Shown: piece after piece, positions 38,708-50,556 of the stretch
Numbering within the stretch: the first letter of the stretch is position 1
Layout: every line of letters starts with the position of its first letter
Source: Oopsacas minuta
Taxonomy: Eukaryota; Animalia; Porifera
NCBI GenBank assembly: GCA_024704765.1
Contig: JAKMXF010000299.1
Location: forward strand, 1,340,863-1,404,862
Reading direction: 5' to 3'
Length of the DNA stretch: 64,000 nt
Translations under genes and position numbers: made by a program
The notes under the pieces: model-generated
Database searches by the model: none
What the model saw: the letters and a program-made list of their open reading frames with translations, nothing else
What the model was told of the DNA's origin: nothing

Positions 38708-40718
38708 TTTACAAAAACATTGCTATCCATAATTCCAATAAACTCCACTATTAGAGTATTATATGCGGATATTTGACACAACATTCACCATCTATAATTT
38801 GTGATCTAAGAGCGTTAATTTTAATGATAATTTTTTGGTATTTTATATTGTGACGATTTCAGATCATTTCGTATTACAACATTATCATCAAATATCATAT
38901 TTAAAGTTCTACATGAATTCAAAAATGAAGCAATTTCACCAATTTCTCTAAATTACTGCTTACTAAACAATAAATTTGAGTATGTTGGCAAACTTTGGCT
39001 TTTATGTAATTAGTCTTAATCTACAAGACCTTCAAATGTATTTATTTGATCACATTGACTTATTTAACTTGGTTGCATATCATGGCTTGTTATTTAATAT
39101 TTCTCACATACACACATAATTATATAATGAATCAATGGAGATAAAGCTCACCTGGAAACATTTCGTAAATCGTTAGATTTAGTGGTTATATGTGTAAAAA
39201 TAGACTCAACTACCCAAGCGGCTTCTAACTGGGGACACTCAATCGGAACAGCACACATAATTGGAATCTAAGGTTGCCACATGTCTGCCTTGCTTTGGAA
39301 AATATCTCTGGCTATGTTCAAGGGACCACTCAATGACTCTAATTCTCTCGCCTGGTTTCGAATATCGACATAAGAATTCGTATTGATTTAAATAGAAATA
39401 CTTAAATGCATTTTAAAATCTTTAGCACCCAAAATGGCACTTTTAATAAGATTAATATCCAAGTTCCACATTCTTTTGGACATGGGACTTTTTTCCGGTG
39501 AACTACAATTATACAGCTAAAAATAACAAATAATAATTCGATTCGTTGCAATTAATCCTATGTTGACCCCTTTTGGGCACAAATGTACTGTATCTATCGT
39601 GATAGAAGTATCTTGAGTTCAAAAGTAATGACATCATAATTGTGTACAGTATACTCCTGTTACTAGGTTATCGCTTATGAACCTGGTTAAATCGATCAAG
39701 GAACCAGAAACAGAGCCACACATATGGTCATAATTTACTGCAGTTAATCGGACCAACACCTTATTCCGCTTCACCTGGTCAAATTAGCCTTCTGCTGACG
39801 TTACCCTATTAGGAGACTCTACTGTGATAGCAGCCAATTTTCATTATGAACTGGCCGAGAGTTTATTAGAGCTGAAAATCCATACCCCCAATAATATACC
39901 CATATACCTAAGAGATATAAAATGCCTATTCAACGATTCTCTCTATTATAGCCCACTATAGACCCTCTTCGAACAGCGTTAACTAGCGAAGCTGTAAGGT
40001 ATAGTAAAGATTGTCGTTTTCATATAGTTTTAGTGTATCATGATTTAATCTCCATATTCTAACTAACTGAAAGCGTCTTAATACACTTTCCAAACCTTCA
40101 TATTTTGATAAGAATATTTTTATTTACATGCGTAAATTTTTGTTTTCAGTATGCACATTTTGAGAATATCTTTGTAATTTTAGTTTACTCTTCAAAGATT
40201 TGATGATTAATTATTTATCATTGCTGATTCTTGATAATATTTCTATGCAATGTATTCAGCAAATTAACCGAATATTGCCTGGAAAAATTTGTAATTTTAT
40301 GACGTCAAAAAGGTGCTCAAATTTCGTTTTTGTACGGGAATTGGTTAAAGATTAAAATTTTAGTATTCCTTTCCACTACCAACGTAACTCTTCTGCCGTA
40401 ATTGGTTAAATTTTTTCAGCTAGCCATATAATATTGGTACCTCGAATGGCTTTTTCTAGAACAGTTTTTCTACTATTCATTAGAATATTTAGTCAGCTTT
40501 AGACGTAATTTCTGTTGTAATCCCTATTCACCTAATCATCTATTATTGTACTAATAGTATATGAGGAATGTCTGACTTTCTTCGTTTTGGACGTTCTAAA
40601 TTTGTTTCCCTATTGGATTACGTCTAATCTGAATACTAATTTATTTTTTATATTCGCTTTTATTTAAACAATCTAATTTCCACTTGGCAATATATCTTTA
40701 TATTCTATAATTTGTTAG

Positions 40719-40990
40719 GCAACTGATTTGCTTGAAGTCGCGAAAACACGTTCTGGTGCATTGATGGGCACTAGGACTAGAACTGAAGTTACCTCAGAAG
40801 TAAAGAGAAGGGATCATCAGAAAGATCTTGCTAAACAAATCAATGAAGATGCAAAGAGAAGATTAATGGAGGGAAAAACCACTGATTCCACATCACATCA
40901 GATACATAGTAATATAGCTTATAAGAATTCTGAACACTTACCCTCTTCCGAACACTCTGTAAAAGATTTGAAACTATTTGTTGACAAGAA
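40719..40990 (+). CDS. SPT16: FACT complex subunit SPT16, internal exon (start of the dimerisation domain)
   Basis: RTRTEVTSEVKRRDHQKDLAKQINEDAKRRL...AYKN...KLFVDK matches SPT16 [31 protein letters not shown] as recalled. Acceptor ttgttag at 40718; phase-2 donor AA/GTTAGT. Confidence 0.92.
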
Positions 40991-41261
40991 GTTAGTAATA
41001 TTTATCTATTTATTTTTGAAATTTAATGTATTTCTTGTGAGTCCAGGGCTTCATCCGGATGCCTGATTTCCCGGAATTACATGGGAGGGTCCGCGAAACG
41101 CATTTCTTGCGATCGTGTGCTTTGGTGATTTAATGTATTGGTGATCTCAACATATAATACACATCTAATGTGCTCGAGTTTAATGAGGCTAGATGAACCA
41201 CTGCTTGGGGCCCATATTTTAGATTTTTCTGTATCCATTTGACTGTTTCTTGTAGATATAT

Positions 41262-41444
41262 TTAATCAAGTTGGACCAGTGGTACAAGGTCTTGTAATAG
41301 TTGTGAGAATATTCTCTCCTCGAAATGAAATATGGCTAAATGTAGAAGAGTATAACCTCTATAGTTGGTTTCACCCGCATTGCATTGTGATATACTTAGA
41401 ATAATAGGAAATCCATCAAGAAATTTGGTTTGTATACAAAGCAT
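41262..41444 (-). pseudogene. Ankyrin-repeat-like fragment
   Basis: NYRGYTLLHLAIFHFEERIFSQLL resembles the ankyrin G.T.LH.A consensus. Isolated, single repeat. Confidence 0.3.
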
Positions 41445-41849
41445 TATGGCTCAATCTCCATCTGAATTCCTTACATTCACAATATCTACAATCTCTTTCT
41501 GTGTTACTAAATACCTGTTTTGCACTTTTTGATTTAATGGAGAACACTATTTATAAATCAGTTTATATTCACTTTGAAATGAAGGATGCAATGTTTATCG
41601 TTCTACCAATTATCAAAAAATGACATAAATCAACAACTGAATGCCTACTGGACAAATATTTTGCCTCTTTCCTGAAATTCTTTGCATATATTGTTTGACA
41701 ATTTGTTTTGATAATCGAGTGGTACTCAATAAGATTACTGGTTGTTTGTAGCCAATTGTTATACTTATACTTACACTGGCCGGTAACAGATTCCAATCTC
41801 ATAATGAATCGTTTCCTAAGTCACATTAGTGTTGCCTGCTACCATTACA

Positions 41850-42370
41850 TTCTAGTTATACACATTAACCCCCTATTTGGCATTTGACTCAATTGTGGGA
41901 TAATTTACTGCAATACCTCATTTTTTGCTTTCTCTATCTTTAGTCAAGTCGCTTACGACTTTAATCATACACTTTATTAGAATTTTCACAAGGTTGTTCC
42001 TCTACACAAACATTTCTTGATTAGATTTTGGATAGTGTGCCAAGTCCAATTTCAATTGCGTAGGACGCAATTATACACTTAAACTAGACAGTTAGAACGT
42101 ATTAGATCCTGCTAACGTCCACAATTTTAGGTTAATCCAATGATTATTTAGATATTGTTGATCAGTGTGAAATTCCTCGTCGTTGAAGTGGTTATTCAAA
42201 TTTAACATACTTTGTACCTAGTGACGCAAATATACGTCTTGAATGTGGCAACACTCCATTCTCAAAACTCGTCCTAGTCCTATTCTTTGACTACCTTACT
42301 ACGTTACTAAGTTTGCTGATTTTATAATGTCCATATCGAACATCTAAATTTTATCTGTTAGATCACTGTG
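41850..42370. repeat. Old dispersed repeat homologous to about 11290-12000
   Basis: Same shared blocks as the 11290-12000 copy. Confidence 0.5.
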
Positions 42371-42855
42371 GTCTCTCGCTTTTCTGATATTTTTTATTTT
42401 TCAGTAAATACAGGATTATATGATCTGTTTTGTCATCATTCATAACTATAAATTGATTCATTTACCTTATGAAGTACTCAATAATTTCATTCAAGCTCCA
42501 AAACACAATTTTAGTAAATTTCTTCAGTCCGATTACTATTTTCCTATCATATATTGAACTTCATGCAGCGTAGTCCAGTGACAACTCCATGGTCCAGGGC
42601 TATGTAAGCCCCATTTATGGCCCAAGATAAATAGTTTTTAATTCTTTTTTGAGTGCCGGTGATACTTCACTGTTACAAATTTCACGTTGTTTGCTAGTAT
42701 GAAAATGTATTTGCATTTGCTTGCAATTCATTACATTGTATTAATTTCCCACAGAATCACATACGAAATTTTGTATGTATTCGAACTAAACAGTTAGGAC
42801 AAAAATTTTGAATCACCCTAATGTACATTATATTGTCCTTTGCCATTAGGAACTA

Positions 42856-43033
42856 CAGCTTCATTTGTCTATAACCGCCACCGAAGGGACTGACCAAAAG
42901 TGGTCATTATGTATAGCGGCCAAGCTGTACATAGATGAACTTATTTTTAATCTCGTTCCACTGGACGATATTTAAGTGCTCTTGATGTGAAGGTGACCAT
43001 TGTACAGAGGTGGCAGTTAAGTAGGCTTGACTG
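42856..43033. mobile_element. pogo/Tigger-like MITE, degraded
   Basis: TA plus cag...tgtctataaccgccacc at the left end; ggtggcagttaagtaggcttgactg at the right end. Confidence 0.45.
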
Positions 43034-43190
43034 CATTTATTTGGTGAAATATTGATATAACTCTAATTATTTATCAGTTTGATAACTGGACACTTTTCCC
43101 TTCTTTGATTGTTTGAACTTTGAAAACAATCAAAGACAAGTCATAGCAACCAATCTAGGCTAACATCCCAATTCAATATCTTGATGGTGG

Positions 43191-45503
43191 TGTCACATAG
43201 TATTCATCCTCCTATAGTGGTTGTCCCCGGGAAAGTTACTATGTAGTGATTTTCTCCATTACAAATTTGCTACTTAGCAAACAATCAGATGATTAGATAA
43301 TTGCGTTTTAATAGTATAAATGTGAGAAACTCACTTAAAAAGAAATGAATTGGATATAATAGCTAGAAGTAATGAAAAACTACATGCTATCATTGTTACT
43401 AATCGACATAACGATATCATAATGGATGCTACTAGAATTATCAACATATGTCCCAAAATTGTTGATATTGTCTTTATTATGACCATGTCGATTCCAGCAG
43501 ATTCTTTCTCCAAATATATTCCAGGTATAAATTGTAGTTTTTAACAATGCTGGTCGGAAAAAATTTCATCTTTAGTTCACACGTTCCATCTTTCCTCATT
43601 TCCGAATCTTGGGGATAATCTTTTGTGATGTCCACTTTTTTCCTTTCCTTATAATTACACAACATCACATACATATTTATTTAATGCAGATTGCTGGTCT
43701 TCTCCAATTATTACGAATGATAAAGCTCTAAATAATCAATTAGCATCGCTGATAGTATGCTTTATTCGAGTCGGTTTCGAAAATGTTGTTAATTTTACAT
43801 TTAGTACTTGACCATTAAGTGATAACTTCTCTTTGAACTTCAATACTCTGCCAGAAGCATCGCATATGTTCCTCTGCCATTGTACATCTGGTGAGTGAAA
43901 TATATTGTTTTGAACCTCCTGTTTTATTTCAAGTGGAATTACTTCTTCGTTATTGTTTTCGATTAATTTGGTTTTCTCTGCCGGTAATTCTGTTACCACA
44001 TCCTCCTTAATATCTGGTTTAAGTTGAGTAGCATAAAATATTCTTTTGAAGCCATCTAATATGTATGTAGCTTTTTCTAAAACTTCTACGATAATTCTCT
44101 TCCCTATCCATACAGATTCAAGTTTTCCACTCTTACGTGTATTGCATCGACAGTTTTATACCATACAAGATCACTGATTTTATACTTGGAACATTGGTAA
44201 TGGACTCGTATAGTTATTTTTGTGCTTGCTGAGAGATAGTATGGTTACATTTAGCAGTAATCCTGAACGAGTTTAGAATTGCTAGCCGCGTGATTCTGGA
44301 TTCCAAGACACCTTGGTCATTTTGTTCCTTATCTGTGCTCACATTACATGATTCTAGCTCGATTGGTAGCCGCATTTGTATTCCATAAACTAAAAAATAG
44401 GGGGAGAATTTTGTAGATGCTCGTCGATTAGACCTGTAGGACATTAATATCCAAGAGATTAATTTATCCCAATTGTCCATATTGTCGTTCACCAGCTTCG
44501 CAACTGGGTGAGGAGAGTTTGGTTAAATCTTTCCGTCAGTCCATTAGACTGCGGATGATATCCACTGCATATGTTATGCTTAATCCGAAGTTCCTGAAAA
44601 AGTAGATGGTTTGTTCATTTACGAATTTTCTTCCCTGATCAGAGATTATAATTTAAGGGGCACCAAATCGAGTTATTATAAGATCCATTCTCTCAGCAAA
44701 AGTATAAGAGGCAGTCTTGTTAGGAATTGCCTGGCCTCTACCTATCGAGTGAGATATTCAGTAAAAACAATAATAAAGGAATTTCCTTCCATCGTAGTTG
44801 TGAGAGGACCAATCAAATCCATACCACATTGGGAAAAACTTCCATCTGGTATATCCACAAGATGTAGTTTGGATGGGCCTTTCTTGAATTGATTTCGTAA
44901 TTGACATGCTTGACAATTATTTACTTTCGGGAGAATATCATTGTACATCCCTTTCCACCAGTACATTTCAGTTATCTTATTGAATGTAGGACAAATACCA
45001 AAGTGACAACCGCCCGCCTTAGATCAATCCAATGAGCCTAAAATTCTTCCATTGTCAATCTCCATTGGGACTTCCCTGATACTATCAGGTCGTCACTTCG
45101 TCGGAATATGGTAGAGAAGGCCATTTTTTAACTTGAAACGATTGACATTTCTTTCTAAAATCTCTTTTTATCCTTTAATAATTTCTTGTCCAGGTTTTCA
45201 AAGATTTTGGGTAGAATCCCCTTTCCACATAATTGTGAATATCATCATAAGTTGAAAGTTGTATAATTCAAAGTGAAATTTGATCTTCAAATGTATAATA
45301 TTTATTTTATGATACTTCCAAGTTATATTGCAATTTACTTGTTTGACTTCTATCTGAAGCTAATACGGGTTCAATAGTTTTGAATTACTTTGTTGAATAG
45401 AGGGAGATTTACTTGACTTCATAATTTTCCAGGGTGGAAAACTACTACATAGCATTTTTTCTGGGGGGGGAAATATATGTTTAGGGAAAATTACTATGTG
45501 ACA
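43191..45503 (-). mobile_element. Ginger1-like DNA transposon (Gypsy-type integrase plus OTU-like domain), degraded
   Basis: 12-bp perfect TIR TGTCACATAGTA plus subterminal ctatgtagt. Integrase motifs: CHFG..YWW..CQAC zinc finger, GMDLIGP, ISDQGRKF, YHPQSNGLTERFN and a KLESVWIG GPY/F-like segment. Then ISDAN*LFRALS and IHYDIV (OTU-like). No RT, RNase H or LTRs. Confidence 0.8.
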
Positions 45504-46060
45504 TCTGCTCAAAATATTTAAGGACCAGATCCGTTGTGTTTGGACTCTGTTGAAGGCAATATACTATGAAGGTTTTGGTGCTTTGGGAGATATTCTACTA
45601 ATTCCTTAACTTTTTACTGACTTGTTTTTGTGCAACCTTTTTGCAGTTTGGACTTATGCATGGGTTTCATATGCTTAACTATTCCCATTTTTCTTATCTA
45701 CCTGTATACCCGAAATCCCTTTGCCACTTGTTGTCCTCATTCAGTGAAAATATAGTTCGGAGGTGCTTTACCTTGAAGGGATATTCTCTCCATCAAAGGT
45801 TGATGTCACATTGAATTTAAGTTTGAGAATCTCTGGGCAATCTATTCTTGAAAAGACGATTAGATGGTGGATTATTAACGTATCACCTTATTCATGTACC
45901 TCTTGAATGATTGCATATATTTAATCTAATATCAACATAGAATTTTGAGTTAGAATTCTTATTTGATCCGCCTCATTGTTCATTCGAGAGCGTTCATTGC
46001 CTTCGAATACTTGTATGTTTTAAGTTCTACTATATCATTTAGTTCATATTCGTATTTTAG

Positions 46061-46325
46061 ACATGAAGCTCTTGTCGTACCGATCTTTGGAATGGCAGTA
46101 CCTTTTCACATTAGTAATATCAAAAGTGTCAGCAAGCATGAAGAGGGTCATTACACTTACCTCAGGATTAATTTGAACTGCCCCGGTTCAACTATTATTA
46201 AGCAGAACGGAAGTACAAATGTTAATCATGAATCAATATTTGTTAAAGAAGTTAGTTTTAGAGGTACTCACGAGAAGGGTAGCAGTAGTGCTGTCAATTT
46301 AGATCAAACTACTAGAATGATAAAG
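46061..46325 (+). CDS. SPT16: FACT complex subunit SPT16, internal exon
   Basis: KHEALVVPIFGMAVPFHISNIKSVS..EGHYTYLRINLNCPGS...FVKEVSFR matches SPT16 as recalled. The phase-2 acceptor attttag at 46060 completes the AA/A Lys codon; phase-0 donor AAG/GTGTGT. Confidence 0.93.
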
Positions 46326-46731
46326 GTGTGTATATTTGTATGTGTAGTTAGATATCAGAGGTCAAAAAATTTAACTTCATTTTCTCATCAAGTATTAGAT
46401 TGACATTTTCTAAGCTAGTTTTTACGCTGAATTCAAATCTGCTTTTAGATTCCTTCCAACACGTCCTTTTTTTTTTCCATCTACAAGTCAACGAATTCTA
46501 TGTATTTCCTAAATTTTTCCTGTTATTTATGGTAGTGGCTGTCTTTTTGTCTTCTTGCATGATAGCCATCTTAAATAAATCAACGTTTCGATGTTTTAGA
46601 TTAATGCCAAGATAATATCAGTTATTATCCTAGCTCTTATATATAATTATTCACATTCATGTATGTATCAACTACTCACAAACTCTGGGGTAATACATAT
46701 CCATCTAGAAGTATAAAAGTAGCTAACCAAA

Positions 46732-48637
46732 TTAAAAGTGGTGAGAGTACGACTTCCTTTTATATATCTTGTTGGGATTATCTCTGAAGAGCCTCCAACA
46801 GTAATCGGACATCATGCCCTCATTCCAGAAACCTTGGCATCGGGTTTCCATCTCCTGTATGTCTTGGTGGAATCTCTCACCCTGTTCATCACTTACAGCA
46901 CCAAGGTTCTCAGGGAAAAAATCAATGTGAGAGTGCAAGAAGTGAAGTTTTAGCGACATGCGACAGCCCATCTTCTCGTATGCGTTAAGCAAGGTGTCCA
47001 CTCCTTCTCTGTAGTTGGACGACTTCTTGTAGCCCAAAGAGTTCTCACAAACCCATTTGAAAGAATTCCAAGCACTCATTTCTAATTTGGATAATGTCTT
47101 CTCGAAATCTGGATCTCTGAATACTTGTCTGATTTGTGGTTCTACAAATACTCCCTCTTTTAACTTTGCCTCGCTTAGTTTCGGAAATTTCCTACAACTG
47201 CAGAAATCCTGCTGAATTTGTTTTGCCCATTGTTTTAATGAATGTTTTCATTAATCCAAGTTTAATATGAAGTGGGGGTAAGAAAACTTTTTTGGATCTA
47301 CCAATGGCGAATACTGTAAATTGGTTTTCCCCACTTCATAGATTCTCTTCGGCTAATCATATTTTTTATAACGCTCACCAGTTGCTCGGCTGTCCCATAG
47401 ACATAGGAAACAACAATACTTTGTAAAGCCTTGTTGCAAGCCCATCAATAGCCCGATTATCTTAAGATCACCGCAAATATTCCATGTATGTGTTCTATAC
47501 TGTATTGCCTCCAAAACTTCCTGCAAATTGACGAGGGTTTCTTTGAGATAGACGGGGTGAGCAATTGGAACGTCAGGCTTTAGATTTCCATAATGCAACA
47601 GAACAGCTTTCAAACTGCGTTTTGATGCGTCGATGAAAAGGCGCCAATCAGAGGAAGAATGTTCTTGTAATAGGTTTGCATAGAGTCCTTCGATATCATT
47701 ACAATAGCACAGTGGACCATCAGTGGTGTAGTATTGAGCGAGATCGAAATCTCGCTTGCGATAGTGGGATACTAGGACATCTTTGTCGAGTGGGTTTTTC
47801 TGTTTGAGCCTGGATGCAAGGAGTTCAGCTTTGTCTTTAGATAAGTCTAGATCCCTGACCAGGTCATTCAATTCTCCCTGTGTAAATGTTTGTGGCTCTA
47901 GTAATTCATCTTCCGGGACATAATTAGCACCTGTAGAATCTGCATGGACATCTTCCACCATATCAGACCTGATTTTAATTTGCTGTGACTTGGGAATTGG
48001 GATTGGTAATGAGATGTCGTGTGGAATTGGCCTGCGAGCAGAATCCAAGTCTGGGTAAACAAGAGCGTGCTTATTCTGGCTGAGAATCCTGTAATGTCTA
48101 TAAGGCCAAAGTAACAATCATCAAGGTGATTTTTCTGTTCCCTCCAGACCATGGGTATTGCAGATGGCATTGAAACTTTCCTTTTGTTCAACCAATCACG
48201 TAGTCCACTTGAACAAGAAGTGCATATAACATGTGGTGCCCACGACTGTCTTGGTCACCAAGTGTATATTCGAAGTACAATTTGTATATGTTCTTTAATT
48301 GATTTGTGACTGGTCGTCTTTGTGATTTTACGCAAAAAAGACCACAAACGTAACAGAAATTGTTGGATGAGTTCTACAATTACGATGCATGTTTATAATT
48401 GATTTGCTTGAATTCAAATAAGTAAAGTCAATTATATTCCAGATAATTGAATCAAAATAGGCATTCTCATATAGCAATTTAGTAACTGGGTAATACTATA
48501 CTATTGAAAAAATGGATATTGGATTTCAGAATAACTAGACGTGCTAGAGAAATTCTGATTGCAGATTCGAGTTCAGCATTCAAAAGTATGCTAAGATAAA
48601 TGTATGTGATCTCTGATGAGAAATCTTGTTGAGTGTG
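46732..48637 (-). mobile_element. Chapaev3-like transposon, degraded, 3' terminus not found
   Basis: ATG at 48390 leads into NFCYVCG, WAPHVICTSC and WREQKNHLDDCYF. ORF 47353-48117 has QGELNDLVRDLDL, WRLFIDASKR and ICGDLK; ORF 46732-47079 has SDEQGERFHQDI. The 5' terminus is CACACTCAACAAG. Confidence 0.85.
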
Positions 48638-49750
48638 TATTTGTTCTCACTTGACTTTGTCCAGTATCTCTATTGTTCGAAACACATTCTGTAAGAAGGA
48701 GAATTTTATTTATCACTAGGTTATTCATCCAGCGAAATTCCTCATATCACTTATACCTTTAGCCCAGGCTGTTCACTAATTTTCCTTTCGCGGTTTCGAC
48801 TATTGGCGATAATATCTTGCTCTTGTTTCGTTATTCGCTACAAGTTCCCTTATATTACTCGCTTTTTTTCAATTGATTCTATTTTGGCAGTAACATTTGT
48901 GTTTTGTTATAAACTCAAGTATATAACCACCATTCTCATTTAACTATTATCTTTCTTTTCGCGAATCGGGCATTCGCTGGAATTGTCAGGAACCACACTC
49001 CGCCAACAACGAGTTCAGAACAGGATTTCTTTCGGAATCCGAAAGAATTTGTTTTCCATTATGCTGTGTTTATACACTATGGATAATAATCGAAAATATG
49101 CCATTTTTTCTCCATATTCTATCATTCACTTGGAAATTCAGAATTAAACTTCCCTATTAGCTATTGATCAAATTTTTTTCCAATAAAACCAAATTTAGTC
49201 AAGACCCTTCATAAGACGATACTTCTTTCTAGATATCTGAACTAGAGAGATCCAGAGATTAAATGAGTTTGCGGTCTGACAAAGGTGGGATATGTTGATA
49301 TACTAAGTTTTCTGATTCGTTTGGAAATCGATAAAATTTCCCATTGAATTCTGGGTTAAAATATAGACAGTTTGAGGCTATATTTCCAAATGCCATTTTT
49401 TTTAATCATGATTCAAGTTTAGCAACGCCATCCTGCTCTAAACCTTTTTGTTACGTTACTTTTCGGTTGCTACATTTTCGTACCAACTATAGCATATTAA
49501 AAATAAGGCTTTCCACCTAATCTATTTTCCCTGGTTCATTGTTAAAAGCTAATTGGTATATTTTTGATGAGCAATTCTATAATTGCTGATAATAAGAAAA
49601 TTTGTCCCAAATAGTGTATTAGACTCGTCAACGGGAATGTTCGTTCATGAAAAAGTGTATTCCTCTAGGGGATGTCGACTTTCCTGATTCGATAATAGTT
49701 TCTCTCAATCACCTCTAATTATTCAGTTATTGTCATTTCAATATTTTATA

Positions 49751-50556
49751 CTAGCGCGCTTCGCTTGCTCGTGCTACGGTGTTTACTAGGGATGGGACAG
49801 ATGTGAGATTTCCCAAATCCGCGGATGCGGATGTAAAGACGGAGCTGAAAAGTACGCGGAGCTCCACGGATGCGGAGCTCCGTCCCATCCCTGGTGTTTA
49901 CGAACACAAAGTGTTCGCATGGGGCTCGGCACTTCGTGCATCGAATTGTGCAAAATAAAAGTAGCAACATATTCACATTTCGTCGGGAAAAATTTGTCTT
50001 TGTAGTCAACGTACCCGATTACCCCAGTATAACTGTTGAATGCAAGTTTCTGGGATTTATTATAATAATGTTCACTTGATACACCTAAAAACCAAATATT
50101 CACAATACGTTGTTGAATATATACTATTCGGATTTAGTGTACTTGGTTACCCCATATATCTATTGAGCCGAAGTCTTTGTTTATTTCGAGATTTCAACTA
50201 TTTGTTTCTTTATATTTATAAAACAGCGATAATATTGCATATGAAAAACTGGAAAATGCAAATTTGGGATTCAGCGTAATATGTTACCTTTCTGTAACCG
50301 TTAAGAGCAAGCCTGTATATCGATTTTGAAATTTGCCTGATATTTTACATAGGATTAATTCGAAACTGTGACATCATATTCCGCTTATTCTATATATTAA
50401 GTCAATGTTTTATTGAATTCTATATACTTTCTTGATTTCGAAATACACAGTTGTAGGTTTGCGAAATTCGATTTCATTTTGGTTTCCAAAATCCTTTGCT
50501 CTACAACGAGCAAATAGACAAACAAACAACCTACAATTGAGATTTTATCATATAGA
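49751..50556 (-). mobile_element. Non-autonomous Helitron-like element
   Basis: On the - strand it begins A|TCTATATGATAAAA followed by GTTTGTTTGT and ends GC-rich ...GCGAAGCGCGCTAG|T. A hairpin CGAACAC-AAA-GTGTTCG (49901-49917) lies near the 3' end. Confidence 0.6.
49787..49893. mobile_element. 107-bp hAT-type MITE with perfect 8-bp TSD
   Basis: TIRs (T/C)AGGGATGGGAC. GTGTTTAC is duplicated at 49779-49786 and 49894-49901. Confidence 0.9.

Larger units (their letters stand above)
14291..40718 (+). other. SPT16: Putative 26,428-bp GC-AG intron of SPT16, filled with transposons
   Basis: Joining CAG(14290) to GCA(40719) gives in-frame GEDESNDLAQ-ATDLLEVAK, colinear with the SPT16 acidic linker and AEDLL. 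No other SPT16-like sequence seen in between. Confidence 0.65.

Noticed and set aside
43191-45503. LTR retrotransposon (Gypsy) call
   Set aside because: No gag, RT, RNase H or direct LTRs; it has inverted TGT...ACA termini instead.
363-46953. Many ORF-track entries antisense to transposases (e.g. 363-617, 7607-8048, 19086-19283, 23804-24144, 34036-34561, 46738-46953)
   Set aside because: They are shadow ORFs on the opposite strand of TE coding sequence.
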